Assembly: GCA_000165425.1 (NCBI GenBank)
Contig: CT868048.1
Location: forward strand, 62,001 to 126,000
Reading direction: 5' to 3'
Length of the DNA: 64,000 bases
Source: Paramecium tetraurelia
Taxonomy: Eukaryota
The notes beneath the pieces are model-generated. The model worked only from the letters and a program-made list of their open reading frames with translations, was not told where the DNA came from and did not search any database. Positions 1-11,549 of this stretch are shown one piece after another (positions within the stretch are counted from its first letter, which is position 1; the number at the start of each line of letters is the position of its first letter). Both the position numbers and the translations under genes were made by a program.

Positions 1-1386
1 TTAACCAAAATGATCTAGCTTATTGAATTTAGCAATTGAGTGACTAATGATTCTAAATAATCTATTAAGCTAAATAATTTTCTAAGTCATAGATTTATTT
101 TTCTTTGATGTGCATCACTGCTTTCTTGACTTACTTTTAATCAACACATTTATTTAGTAATTCTGATGTATTTGCAAGAAATTTCATTTCCTATGGTGTT
201 AACCAGTCTCCATTCATATATTTTTACATTTTGACTTCTCGTTATAAATAGACAGGATCATCGATTTTGACTTAATCAAATATCTGCATAAAGGCTACTT
301 GATTGAAATTACTAGAATTAATTGCTGAATTGTAAGTGTATTGAGCTTTTAATCTTTCCTTTTAAAATTTAGCTTCCAATATTGGATTCCACTGTAATAA
401 ATCTTGATTGCTTTGTGAATAGAAATTGTTATTTTTAACAATTTACGAAGTTTAAATGGTTTCAATACCTTTTAAATTAACCTTTTTATTTTTGCTAATA
501 GCATCTGCAATTTTAATTTGATTTTCGTATTCATTTATTTTTTCCATAAGCATCTCTCTTAACTTTTTTTAGAGAACCTAATATTTACTTTTTAAGGTCA
601 GCCATTTAAATAAATCATTTTGTTGTTTACGATTCTTCATTATTGTGAGTGTAAATTACTTATCTATCATTTGGAGTTATTTATCCTTCTTTGCAATTTT
701 GAGAACCCAGTCACTCATCAATGAATCGCATTTGCTTTAGAAACTATTTAGCAAGTATGCTTGTCTTTCTTCTGCAGTTTTCATATTACACAAAGTAACA
801 GCTGAGACATTAAATGATTGCAAAATCTTTTACGCAGTTCCAAAATGATCATACGTAGGTATTTGAGTCTAAAATTTGTGTTTTAAGGTATCAATAATTA
901 AACTAGACATAAGTGAATTTTGTAAAAACTAAATTACATTATTAAGAATACATCTCCATATCTGTTGACTAAAAAGTTTACATCATTTGTTAAGGTTTAT
1001 GTTGATGCTTATTATTTCACTACTTATTTATGGAAGTATCGATCAACAAAAAATTTGTAAAATTCTTCATTTTTTTGATTTATCTCCTTCTCTGGTTTTG
1101 GCTCTAATTCTATAATTTCATCAGCTCGAGATTGGTTTTCTCCATCATACGAAGATTACTCAACCATTTGACTCTCCTTGATTGTTTTCTTTTTGAATTG
1201 ATTAAATGCCAATCTTCTCTATTTACCCTTCTCAACTGTTACTAATTTTATTGTTTCATTTTAAGCCTCATTTAAAAATTCATTGAATCTCTATTCTATT
1301 TATTCTTCAGTTTCCAAATCAAATTATTATAAAGGTCTTTTTGTTACAGGAAATCTTGATTATTGTTATACTCTTTATTTTTTCAT
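1..1386 (-). CDS. Hypothetical protein, 3' end runs off the window (MKKQRVQQQSRFPVTKRPL...)
   Basis: Open frame in code 6 from ATG at 1386; 23-nt intron at 929-951; no recognisable domain. Confidence 0.65.
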
Positions 1387-1402
1387 AATTTAATAATAAA
1401 CA

Positions 1403-2307
1403 TCAATTGTGTCTCTTAACAATGTCTTTGAGTTTCGAATCCGATTTTTTGAAATAAGTACATTGAATTCTTTAAGATAATGTTCTTAATTTTAGATTAT
1501 CTGGAGATTTATATCTACTAGTTAAAGCAGCTAATTTATTCACAGGCTTCTTATCAATCGCTTCTGAAGAATTTAGAAGACTTGATGCTCCTAATTAGCT
1601 TATTCTAGAGACTCTTGGATAATAAAACTTTTTTGTATCAATTTACGGAGGCTATTGCTAGTTTTAAATAATTGGTTCAGTCTTCAATCTTTATCCAATC
1701 ACAGGAGTTTGTATATCTTTTGGTTCAAAAATCTTCAAACCCTGAAGCTTCGAAGTAAAATCAGAGAGAGTTTGGGGAGATGATTAAAATGCTTATTATT
1801 ATTGTTTGATCGGGTGAGAATTTACTAACTTTGATAACACGCTTTTCACATGTACCATTTAAAGGATGTGAGTGATGGGTTTAAATTTTGTCCTTGTCTT
1901 ACTTACATTCATAGGAGTATGGCTGAGGATATAAATTATAGATACATAGATGGATTGCCACTAGAACGAAGAAGTGTTTCCAAATTGGTTGGAGTTTTAT
2001 CCAATTCCGAATGCTTGATTTTTATAATCTTATCAAGTGGAAAATGATCAGTGTCTTATTTTGAGAGTAATTTCTTGTGAATCTTACCTCCGCAATCTGT
2101 GCAATGACAACTTTAATTGAGAACTTTATTATCCGAGACGACTTGTTTCTTTTCACTAAAGGATAAACTTGGCTTCATTTTAGTATATGTTCTTGAAAAC
2201 GAGTACACTTTATATTAGCTTCCAAGTTTGTAAGTTCTTTTACGAAGTGGCTAATTAAGTCGGGAATGATAATACGATGTTAATGATTATATATCAAATA
2301 TATTCAT
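1403..2307 (-). CDS. Hypothetical Ser/Lys-rich protein with CxCxxCG motif (SCHCTDCGG)
   Basis: Code-6 frame closed by TGA at 1403-1405; a 23-nt GTA..CAG intron at 1923-1945 restores the frame; alternative start ATG at 2178. Confidence 0.65.
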
Positions 2308-3507
2308 AATTATTGTAAAATGTTTTAAGAGCATCAAGATCAGATAATTAATATTTCAATTCATCAGATGTAAATTTAGATTTCACCTTTTTTACTTTGA
2401 CTTTAAAGTTCATTTACTCTTGAGTTACCTCTCGTAAGTCAAAGAGATTGTAATTCTTTAATTGAATTATCTCCTCCTCTAAATCTACATTTAATTGAAG
2501 CTTCATCCTATACTTAATTTCATTCACTTTCCTTATTAAATCTTGCATATCAATTTCTAAATCAATTGGATTTTATCTTAGCAAAACCATCAACCCTATT
2601 ATGATTAATTATTAATTGAAGGCTAAAGTTTCAACAACTCCTTTCATCTCAGAATCAACTTGATTTAAATTTATTTCTTGATCCTCTGTCAAACCCTCTT
2701 CAGCATTTCTAATTATTCTACTCAAAACTTCTTGGATTTATCTCATATCTCCTCCTTTTTGGTTGTAAGTTTTTGATATTGTTAACTTAACAGAATCTTG
2801 ATCTATTTACCTTAAATATTAATTGTATCAATTACTTTGACATTTTTGTGGTAAGGATGTCTTTAACCAATTCCTACACTTAAATCAAAGTATAAGGCTC
2901 AAAAACGATATTCTAATAAGGAGGTAATTTTATTGAATGTTTATTTGATTTCAAATTTAAGAATCCAATATTATTACAAATTCCTATGAGATGTACATAT
3001 TTAGATAATTAAAATATTTAGAATGCTTCAACTTCGTTTACTTTAAATAGGTTTTCAAATTCATCGAATACTATGATCCTAAATTGATTAAAATGTATGA
3101 TACTGTTTATTTGATGTTTACTTTTGTAATTTTTTTTCAAAGTCTCGATGAGTAATAACATTACGATATTACAATTTTTTTGATAGATATAAAATAACTT
3201 CTTTATAATTTTAAAATCCCATAGCATTAGTATAGATAATTTTGTACTTCTTTATTCTCCATTATTTAGAACATTGATGAATCAGAGTAGTTTTTCCTGT
3301 TCCCGGTTACCCTGTTAACAGTAATAGTTTATAGTCATCATTAGAATTTATGAATTATTATATTTAATGTTGTTCTTATTCTCTAAATTTTATTTATTGA
3401 GGTTTCTGTGCAGCACTGTTTACTTCATCATCTATTGATTTTTATAATTTAGGCTGTTTTTTTTGATTCTGTCTCTTGGAACTCTTTTGTTGTTGTTTAT
3501 TTGGCAT
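2294..3507 (-). CDS. CDC6: CDC6/ORC1-family AAA+ ATPase (replication licensing factor), ~387 aa
   Basis: Walker A LLTGQPGTGKT, Walker B IIVFDEFENL, sensor-1 LIGICNN, FEPYT, GGDMR, winged-helix-like C-terminus; two 25-nt introns (one near 3079-3103, one at 2811-2835). Confidence 0.8.
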
Positions 3508-3522
3508 ATAATTATATTAAAT

Positions 3523-3532
3523 GGGCGCTAAA
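3523..3532 (-). promoter_or_regulatory. Possible E2F-like element TTTAGCGCCC upstream of the CDC6-like gene
   Basis: Isolated GC-rich motif 16-25 nt upstream of the ATG in otherwise very AT-rich DNA; one mismatch to TTTSSCGC. Confidence 0.25.
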
Positions 3533-3901
3533 TTCTTAAATTTGGAGATATAAACAAATTTAATAATAAAATATCCTTTTTTATTTATTTCTAGACATAA
3601 TTCGAGCTTTCTTTTTGAATTGATTGTTATGGAGTCTCAACATTGGTATATTTATAATTTAATTTATTATATTAGAACTATTCATCTTCTGATATTATTT
3701 TTACACTCTAAATTAGATTTTGGATTATTACATGATTAGAGTTCATTAAATACATTTATACTCATTTGAATTTCCATTCAATCAATAAGATATAATAAAT
3801 GTTGATATCAATAAAATATAGAGGATGGAATAAGTGTATTCTTTTCAGGTATACATGTTTATAAATTATCATTAAATTTTAATATGATATACACGATAAA
3901 G

Positions 3902-5617
3902 TCATTTAAGACACTCTTTGGATATAAGGTTGGTATATGCTTGAGTACCTGGTAATCCTTCGTCCATAATTTTAACATATAAATTTCCTTTACTAAGTTC
4001 AAACTGAGATTCCAATTTATCTCTTAACAATTCCTCAACTTATTTAGATTGATTAAGAATTGATTTGTTCTAATTCTTCATAAGCGTTTTACCAAATTAG
4101 GACAATCGATACAATTTGCTCTTGATATAAGCATATTGCAAATTCGAAATGATCTTCTAACATTTTATAATTTCTCTTGATTCTGTCTGGAGTAACACTT
4201 AGGATTTATGGGTTATAATTGACTTCTAAGACCCAAACATCTAGATTATCATCGAGTAGAAAATCAACTGCAAAAAACTCGCCAAACCTAGATTAAGAAG
4301 GATTAGTACGTGCTATCTCTGGCAAATGAATGATAAGTAGCTTTGGTCATATGAATCAAAGATCTATGGATCTTGGGATATAGATATGATTATAGCCATC
4401 CTTTCTTAGCTCTTCCTTATTTGATTAATAGTTCTTCTAATCCTTCCAAATACCAATCAATGAAGAATTCTTCATCTTCAATCTCCTCATCATCCTTGTC
4501 AGCTTTCACTAAGTTTTTGACAATTGCTGTATTGCAAACATGAGCCCCTTTTTCAGTTGAATGGACACTAAATGGTTTTGCACATCTTTTAATCAAAGCT
4601 CTATTTATAAAATGATAAATTGAATTACCTTGAATATGAATATGCAATTACTGGTTTAGTTGATATAATTGTATAATAGATTCTAAATTCTATCTTGTGT
4701 CCCTTATATAAGAATGGATTAGATATATATCTTTGAGCAATTACTTACTTTGAAATATTTCCACACTCTTATCCATGATTGTATTCTACTAATAAATCAT
4801 TTTTCTCTTTCTCAAATAAAACTGTAATTCCCTCTCCTCTATGTTGATTAGTCTTCAGAATGTATTATGGCCCATACTTTTTGAATCTCTTTTAATAATC
4901 ATCTGTTTTGAATGTTTCAAAGAATGCCTTGCAATCATCTTCATCATTTAATCGATATGTCTCAGGAATGAAAGAAGCATTCCTCTTACATTCTGGGTTG
5001 GTGATGTTCTTCTTTTCAAAACCTCTAACATATCTCATGAAATTGTCAATCAATTAGTTTTTCATTGCCACAGAACTCTTTCCTGGAATATGACTATACT
5101 TCTGTAATACACAACCTAATCCCTTACCCCAAACATAGTTGTTGTACAAGGATGAGACAGTTGTATAAATAAATCCAAGTTAAAGTGGCATTTGATTCTC
5201 AAATTTGTAGGTGGCAATCTTTGTTGGACTCACCTTATCTAATACTGCAAATGTTCTATCTAAGGTAATCTTTTTTGGTAAATTTGAGGGTGGGTAGTCT
5301 CTCCATACATAGTAATCTTGCAATACTATATCTGGATGAGTCATTTTGTATGAATCACTCTTTTTGCAATACAAGGGAGATTCAGCAACATTATAACGAG
5401 ATTACTAATTATTAAGAAGGATCATTACATTATATTCAGGCTTGAATGCTGAATTCTTGATGAATGTCTGCTTTCGAATTTAGTATACCTCTCCAAAGAA
5501 ATTCTCCCAAAAGTTTCTGACGTACTATTCCTAATTTTGCAAAGCCTTTGAATTTGAATACAAGAGCAATATAATAAATGGTGCCAATATTCCTTTTATT
5601 ATAAAAGCAATCACCAT
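3902..5617 (-). CDS. Tubulin-tyrosine-ligase-like (TTL/ATP-grasp) protein with N-terminal signal peptide or anchor; apparent +1 frameshift near 4140
   Basis: Motifs YILKTNQHRGEGI, QRYISNPFLYKGHKIEFRIY, HVCNTAIVK, EFFAVDFLLDDNLDVWVLEVNYNP; N-terminus MVIAFIIKGILAPFIILLLYS; introns 4601-4628 and 4288-4309. Confidence 0.8.
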
Positions 5618-5785
5618 AAAATTAATTAATTTCTTGTTTGTGTTAGAAGTATTTTAAAAACGAATTCAATTTCATATTTTTATTTTATTCTTCTTTCTGC
5701 CGTATTCATATTCATATGCATTATTATGATTCTCAATCTAAAAATTAAATTGCAATTAAAGATATTTCAATAATTTAATAAAATA

Positions 5786-6253
5786 ATGGACTCAAACTTT
5801 TTTGAAGATGAGTAATTCAACAACAACACATGGGATGAATACTCTGACAATATGGTTTGCCCTTCACCTCTTCTTCTTGGGCATCCTTAAATTAAAAAGT
5901 TTAATAATGAAGACGAACTCTCACCCATACATCTTCAATATCATACTGATACTCTAGATGATGACTGCAGTCAACAAAACCAACCTTCTTAACCTAGCAA
6001 ACCTCTTATCAAAAAGAAACTTCACAAAAGTCACAAGAGAACTTCCTCTAAAAAAAATTAGAATTCTCCTTCAGTGAGCAGAGTACTGAATAACTTTGCT
6101 ACCTGTGCCAAACTTTCTGGAGATAACACTACCTAATAAATTCAATATTGTCAACAAATGTAATAACTAATTGACAATCTTGAAGGAATCCTGTCCAAAA
6201 TCAAATCAAGAATTTTAAACTCATACAAAAAGTAGATAAATTAGAAAAATTGA
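5786..6253 (+). CDS. Small hypothetical protein, 155 aa
   Basis: Intronless code-6 ORF from ATG to TGA; C-terminal helix shared with the next gene. Confidence 0.7.
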
Positions 6254-6948
6254 TCTTTTTCATTTTTTTATCAATTTATTTATCTTTTATTATTATAATA
6301 TTAAATCTGGAGTTCCTACTCATATAATTATCAGTGATATTATGAAAATCAATATATTATTGATAATTAAATTAATCATCTAAATGTTAGTCAAACAAAA
6401 TATAAATCGAAGAAATTTATTATTCTTAGCAAATTTTACTAAAAATATGGTAAAAGATTTTTCCTGATAATTTATAAGTTAAATTCCTTTTTTAATATGC
6501 TCAACTCAATCAATGTAAAATTATAAAAAAAAAATGTTTTAAAATTTTATTTAAATCATGTTTTTGATTTCTTCATAAACTTTTCTAAGTATCTTTCATA
6601 AAATTCGATTGTTCGTTTTGCGCAGATCCTATTAATTGTACTTATAATATAAATAATGACGTCATCATATTACTTAATGGCACGTTAATAAACATTAAAT
6701 CGGAAGGAAGCATAAAATTTATGGAATTTAATTAAACTATCAAAGTGATTTTACGAAAATAGTTATCATTACTTTAAACAGATTATCTTGAAAATCTCAA
6801 AGAAATTATTTTTAATAGATAATTAATCGAGCTTTATTTGTAAAAATATAATAATGATATCATAAATTTAAACCTTATGAGTAATTTCAAGAACTTATAT
6901 TAAATATCTTTAGAATTAATAATTTATATTGTTTAATAAACACTCTTA

Positions 6949-7401
6949 ATGGAAATAAGTGGCTTCCTCTACGATAATTTACCTTAACCTTAAGAAAATC
7001 ACGAATAGATTTCAGAAGATTGTCATCTATACAGAACTAAATCGAAATACATTAAATCTATATTCAGAATTTAAAGTCCAGACCCATCAATTCAGGAAGA
7101 CTGTTTCTCTAATGGAAACGATTAATCATTTGAAATTGGTTAGGGGGAATTTCAATATGTTAGTGAAGAAAAGAATTCAAATAAAAAAGAATAATTCAAA
7201 GGATTTACCAAGAGAGCTCAAAAGACCAAGAAACTTGAAAAGAAGAGAAAATTGAAAAATGGACCTCTATCAGAAACAGAATTTATAGACATTATGAAAA
7301 AGTTAGAACAATGTCAGTAGGTGATGAATATGATAGACAATATGGTCACCATATTGAATCAATTTAAAGGATCAGTCCAACAATAGACAACCCAAAGTTG
7401 A
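6949..7401 (+). CDS. Small hypothetical protein, 150 aa; distant paralogue of 5786-6253
   Basis: Intronless code-6 ORF; C-terminal LEQCQQVMNMIDNMVTILNQFK resembles IQYCQQMQQLIDNLEGILSKIK. Confidence 0.7.
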
Positions 7402-7513
7402 ATCCTATTATTTATTTACAAAGACATCATTAATTTTGCTGTCTTCTAGACAGTTTTTTCTCATATATAATAATCTAATTGATCGATTAATTATAATGAT
7501 ATATCAATATTTA

Positions 7514-9727
7514 TCAAATGAACGTGAAAATGATTGTTAAGAAACCATAAAGAATAATGAACACTATAAATAAATTTATTGGGGAAGCAAATTTCCTTGG
7601 CCATTGTGTTTATGGAAATTCGCTTTAAGGCAATCCCGTCAATTTATCTAATCCTAAACTCAGATACCACATTATTAGAAATAAAACATAGATTTCGTAA
7701 TCTCTCAGGGGAGCCTTCCATTCTTGAATTATACTAAATTTTAAATTTTAGTTTACATTTTTTATTTTGATAATCTGCCAGGACTCTTCTAAGGACTCAT
7801 AATTTTGATTGGAATCACATTAATTTTTGATGTTTAAATGTTAAATTATTAACCTAAATATTCTGCTATACTTTCGTTTTTTATGCCCTTTCTTTATTGA
7901 TATGACATCAACAATTAAATTATCTAAGATACCCAGACTCTAATATTTTCATGCTATTTTATTTCAAAGTCTTTTTTATTATTGTTTTTTACATAGATAT
8001 CACAAAAATTTTTTAACTTCTGAATATGCTGGAATTTAATAAGGTTCTTAATCAAGAAATTGTAATGAATTACAAAAGAATGAATTTTAATTATGAGGAT
8101 TTAAAAACGTCAATAAATGAATTAATCCTTCGTATTCTGAATCATTAACATAATTTAAATTATTTAAACATTAAAAAATAGTAATTAGCAATTTTGTGTA
8201 AAAAGGATAATAGAGTCTTACTGAATTTCTCATATAATTTTTTTGGGGATCAAATTCTCTATTCTGAGTGTCAACTGGATACTCAAACTGACTCAATCTT
8301 AATTGTGGTTTGAAGTCCTTAAATAAAATTGCTTAAGGACATTCTCCAAATTTATTTTTAAAGACCTAATAAAGTGGATAGAGCTAAGTGAAGATAAATT
8401 TAGTCAATTGATTGTTACCTTTATCCGTAGTATCCCTCCTTTTTTAAAGTTGAATCATAATTTAATTAGATGAGGCAACACAGGATGAGCAAGCCTAATC
8501 AAAAATTTAAGCTTAATTATTGATGTTAAATTCATATTTAACAAATTGCCATCTTAAAAATATAACATAAGCTGCTAAGTGTGAATATATTGTTATCTAA
8601 TTGCATTGTCTCTCATTAGAATAAATCTCAAAAGATTACTAAAAGAACTTGTATAAGCCTTGTTAATAGGTTATTGGTTACTACTATCTTCCACATTCAA
8701 AGAAAAAGCTTCTGTTTTAATAGATGAATTAATTAGTTTTAGTAGAAATATCATTATTTTTAAAAAATGGTTTTAACTATTAATACATTGTTTCCAAATC
8801 AATCCCGTATTAGGAGTTAAAATATATTGTTAAATAAACGAGCATCATCTGCGTATCCAAGACTACGCTGCTTGGCTTGATGCTCTACAGTAATTTCGAT
8901 TGATCCATATTGAGATTCAATTCAAATAATTTAGAAACATATAAATGTTCGTATAATGAATATTCTTATAATAGTATAATCATCTATTGAAAAGTGAAGA
9001 TTGCAAAATGTTTCTTTGAATTGCTGATGATTTAATTATTTTCTTTGACTTTTGCGTACATGTGTTCTAAAATTCTTCTAACTAAAACAAGGTATGGGTT
9101 AAAAGTGAGTTATTTTAATAAGGGATCCTTTGTATTAATTTTCCTTTTGCATTTATTAAAAGCACAATCTAACACTTTTTGACTGTTCTCTGTAACATAC
9201 AATGCACTATCCTTGAAATTAATGGCCCCATTTAATAAATAGATCCAAAACATCATTTTTGCACTAACACAAAATTTTAGTTAATTTTTTTCAACTAAAA
9301 TATTCTCTTAAAATATTTCTTAAAAAGTATAGTATTATTAATTCATATGAGCAATTGATGGGTCTTTAAAATATAATCGTATATGTGCAGGCAATACATC
9401 TTATGAAACAGGATGATAAGGATGTTCAGAGGGCAGCGCTGAATAAAATGACATTTCTTCAGGTGAAAGTAAATGCAACAATTTTATAAGTTAAAGTGTG
9501 TCTTCAACTGATGAAAATCTTTTTTGTGTATCGCGAAATCTATTATTCAAATTACCATTTTATTTGAAGATAAGTTCATATACATTGTGTTAAAATCTAA
9601 AAAATTCTTAGCCATAAGTGTATTCTTTTTATTAGAGAAGTTCGTAACTGACTTTCTATAACCAAGACAGAAATTCGTTGCTAGTTGCATTTTCTGCATT
9701 TCTTAATTCATCTTAAAAGTTGTTCAT
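7514..9727 (-). CDS. Sphingomyelin phosphodiesterase 4 (SMPD4/nSMase3)-like tail-anchored protein; apparent +1 frameshift near 8004-8014
   Basis: One code-6 frame from 9727 to ~8003 with segments recalling SMPD4 (LLSPEE, VLPAHIR, NPYLVLVRRIL, QQGLYKFFQQSF, YYPFYTKLL); C-terminal EWKAPLRDYEI...PRKFAS plus TM helix; 23-nt intron at ~7734-7756. Family assignment is from remembered motifs. Confidence 0.6.
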
Positions 9728-10568
9728 AATTATTTCTGTAATAAAATTAATTCTATAAAGTGAATAAAATTTACTAAATGAAAAAATTGCTATGTTCTGG
9801 AAGCACACTACTCCTAAATATGCAAATTTAAATGTATAAAACTAAATCTACAATAAATCAAATTAGTAGTGAGACAGGAACTTGCAATAGTTTATGGGAA
9901 TTAAAAGATTGCTCCACATTTATATTTGATATTGCTCTGACCAACTTGTAATTTATTATGCAGTTTAAAAATCGAAGGACATCATTGAATAATTTATAAT
10001 TCTCAATAACTCAAATATGATACAAAAGTGATTGATTTCAAATAGGCTCTCATAAACTTTAAGAAATTAAAAAAATGTAAAAAAAATAATCCAAACACAA
10101 CAAGATTTTAAACCAATGTAATGAAAAAATATCTCAAAGTGTCCAGTTTATATTTTAATAATTAGAAATCAGTGTTATAGCATTGAAAAAAAATTGATGA
10201 TTTTGCATGTAAAAGACCTCTCCTTTAGTTATTTTCTAATTTAATGTAAAGATATTAATAGGTCTCTATTTTATTTCTCTTATTAAATTTAATATAAATT
10301 GAATAATATATTAAATATTCTCATTCTGAATTAAATTATTTTTTATATTGAATTGATTAATATAATAAACTATGAGTTAGTTCTTGCTTAAATTACATAT
10401 CTTTCTGTTTGAAAGTCATTATGCAAATGGCTACATTTATATATTGACAACAATTAGTATTGTTGTATTTTTGTTTTTAAATAAATATTGGGATACGATT
10501 ATTATTTAATGGTTTTTGATTGTTAAATCCTTAAATCAGTGAATAATTTAATTATTAAATATATTTTA

Positions 10569-11520
10569 ATGGGAATGTATTGTACGAAATGCTAAATTAA
10601 AAATGAAGAAGACTTATTTTTAGGCAATTTTATATAATAAAAGAAATCTTTGTAATCAGAAGAGAATTTAGATGAAAGTCAGGAAATCGCTTCAAGTATA
10701 TTAGTAGAAATAATTCATTAAGTCTGTCCTCCTTAAACAAATAGTAAGAAGAGTTTAGACGAGATGAGACAGTTAAAATAAGTATTTAGAAAAGAGAAAG
10801 CAAACTCAGCAGATTTTTATGAGACAGAAGAATTGTATTTTGAAGATCAATCAAAGTTTATTGGTAAAATAGAGAAGAATTAAGCAAATGGGGAAGGTAA
10901 ATTATGGCTACAAAATGGAGATTATTATGAAGGAAATTTTTGTAATAATTTAATGCATGGAAAAGGCCTTTATAAATATAATAGTGGAACTACTTATGAA
11001 GGAGATTTCTTAAATAATAAGCCTGATGGATTCGGAATTGAAATATAAATTAATGGATCAATTTATAAAGGAACATTTAAGGGTGGGAAAAAGGATGGGT
11101 TTGGATACTTCAAATGGTAATAAGGTTGCTAATATGAAGGCGAATGGAAACACAATAATATTAATGGAAAGGGGAAATATGATTGGCCTGATGGGAGGGT
11201 AAATAGATAAATAATAATTTCAGTCTTATGTGGGAGATTGGGTCGAAAATTAAATGCATGGGAGAGGGAAGTATAGTTGGAAGGATGGGAAATGCTACAA
11301 TGGTGAATATTAGTTCGATAGAAAGTAAGGTTTTGGTATATTCTACTGGCCGGATGGAAAATAATATAAAGGATACTGGATGGATGGAAAATAGCATGGA
11401 AATGGTATGATGATATATTTGGATGGTAAAAAGAAAGTAGGGGAATGGAACAATGGTTAATTTATCCATTGCATTGAAAATGGTGATATAGATATAATAG
11501 CTTAGAATTGGATTTAATGA
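10569..11520 (+). CDS. MORN-repeat protein with MGxxCxxC acylation-type N-terminus
   Basis: Repeated YEGxF/WxxxxxHGxG motifs; 25-nt intron 11199-11223. Confidence 0.9.
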
Positions 11521-11549
11521 AAACAGTAGAATATGTATATTTAATTATT

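Noticed and set aside
9778..10020. 80-codon code-6 ORF (MKKLLCSGST...)
   Set aside because: No recognisable motif; with a single stop codon, ORFs of this size arise by chance. Could be a relic but is unsupported
11161..11469. Antisense ORF with IxPxxF periodicity
   Set aside because: Mirror image of the MORN repeats on the + strand
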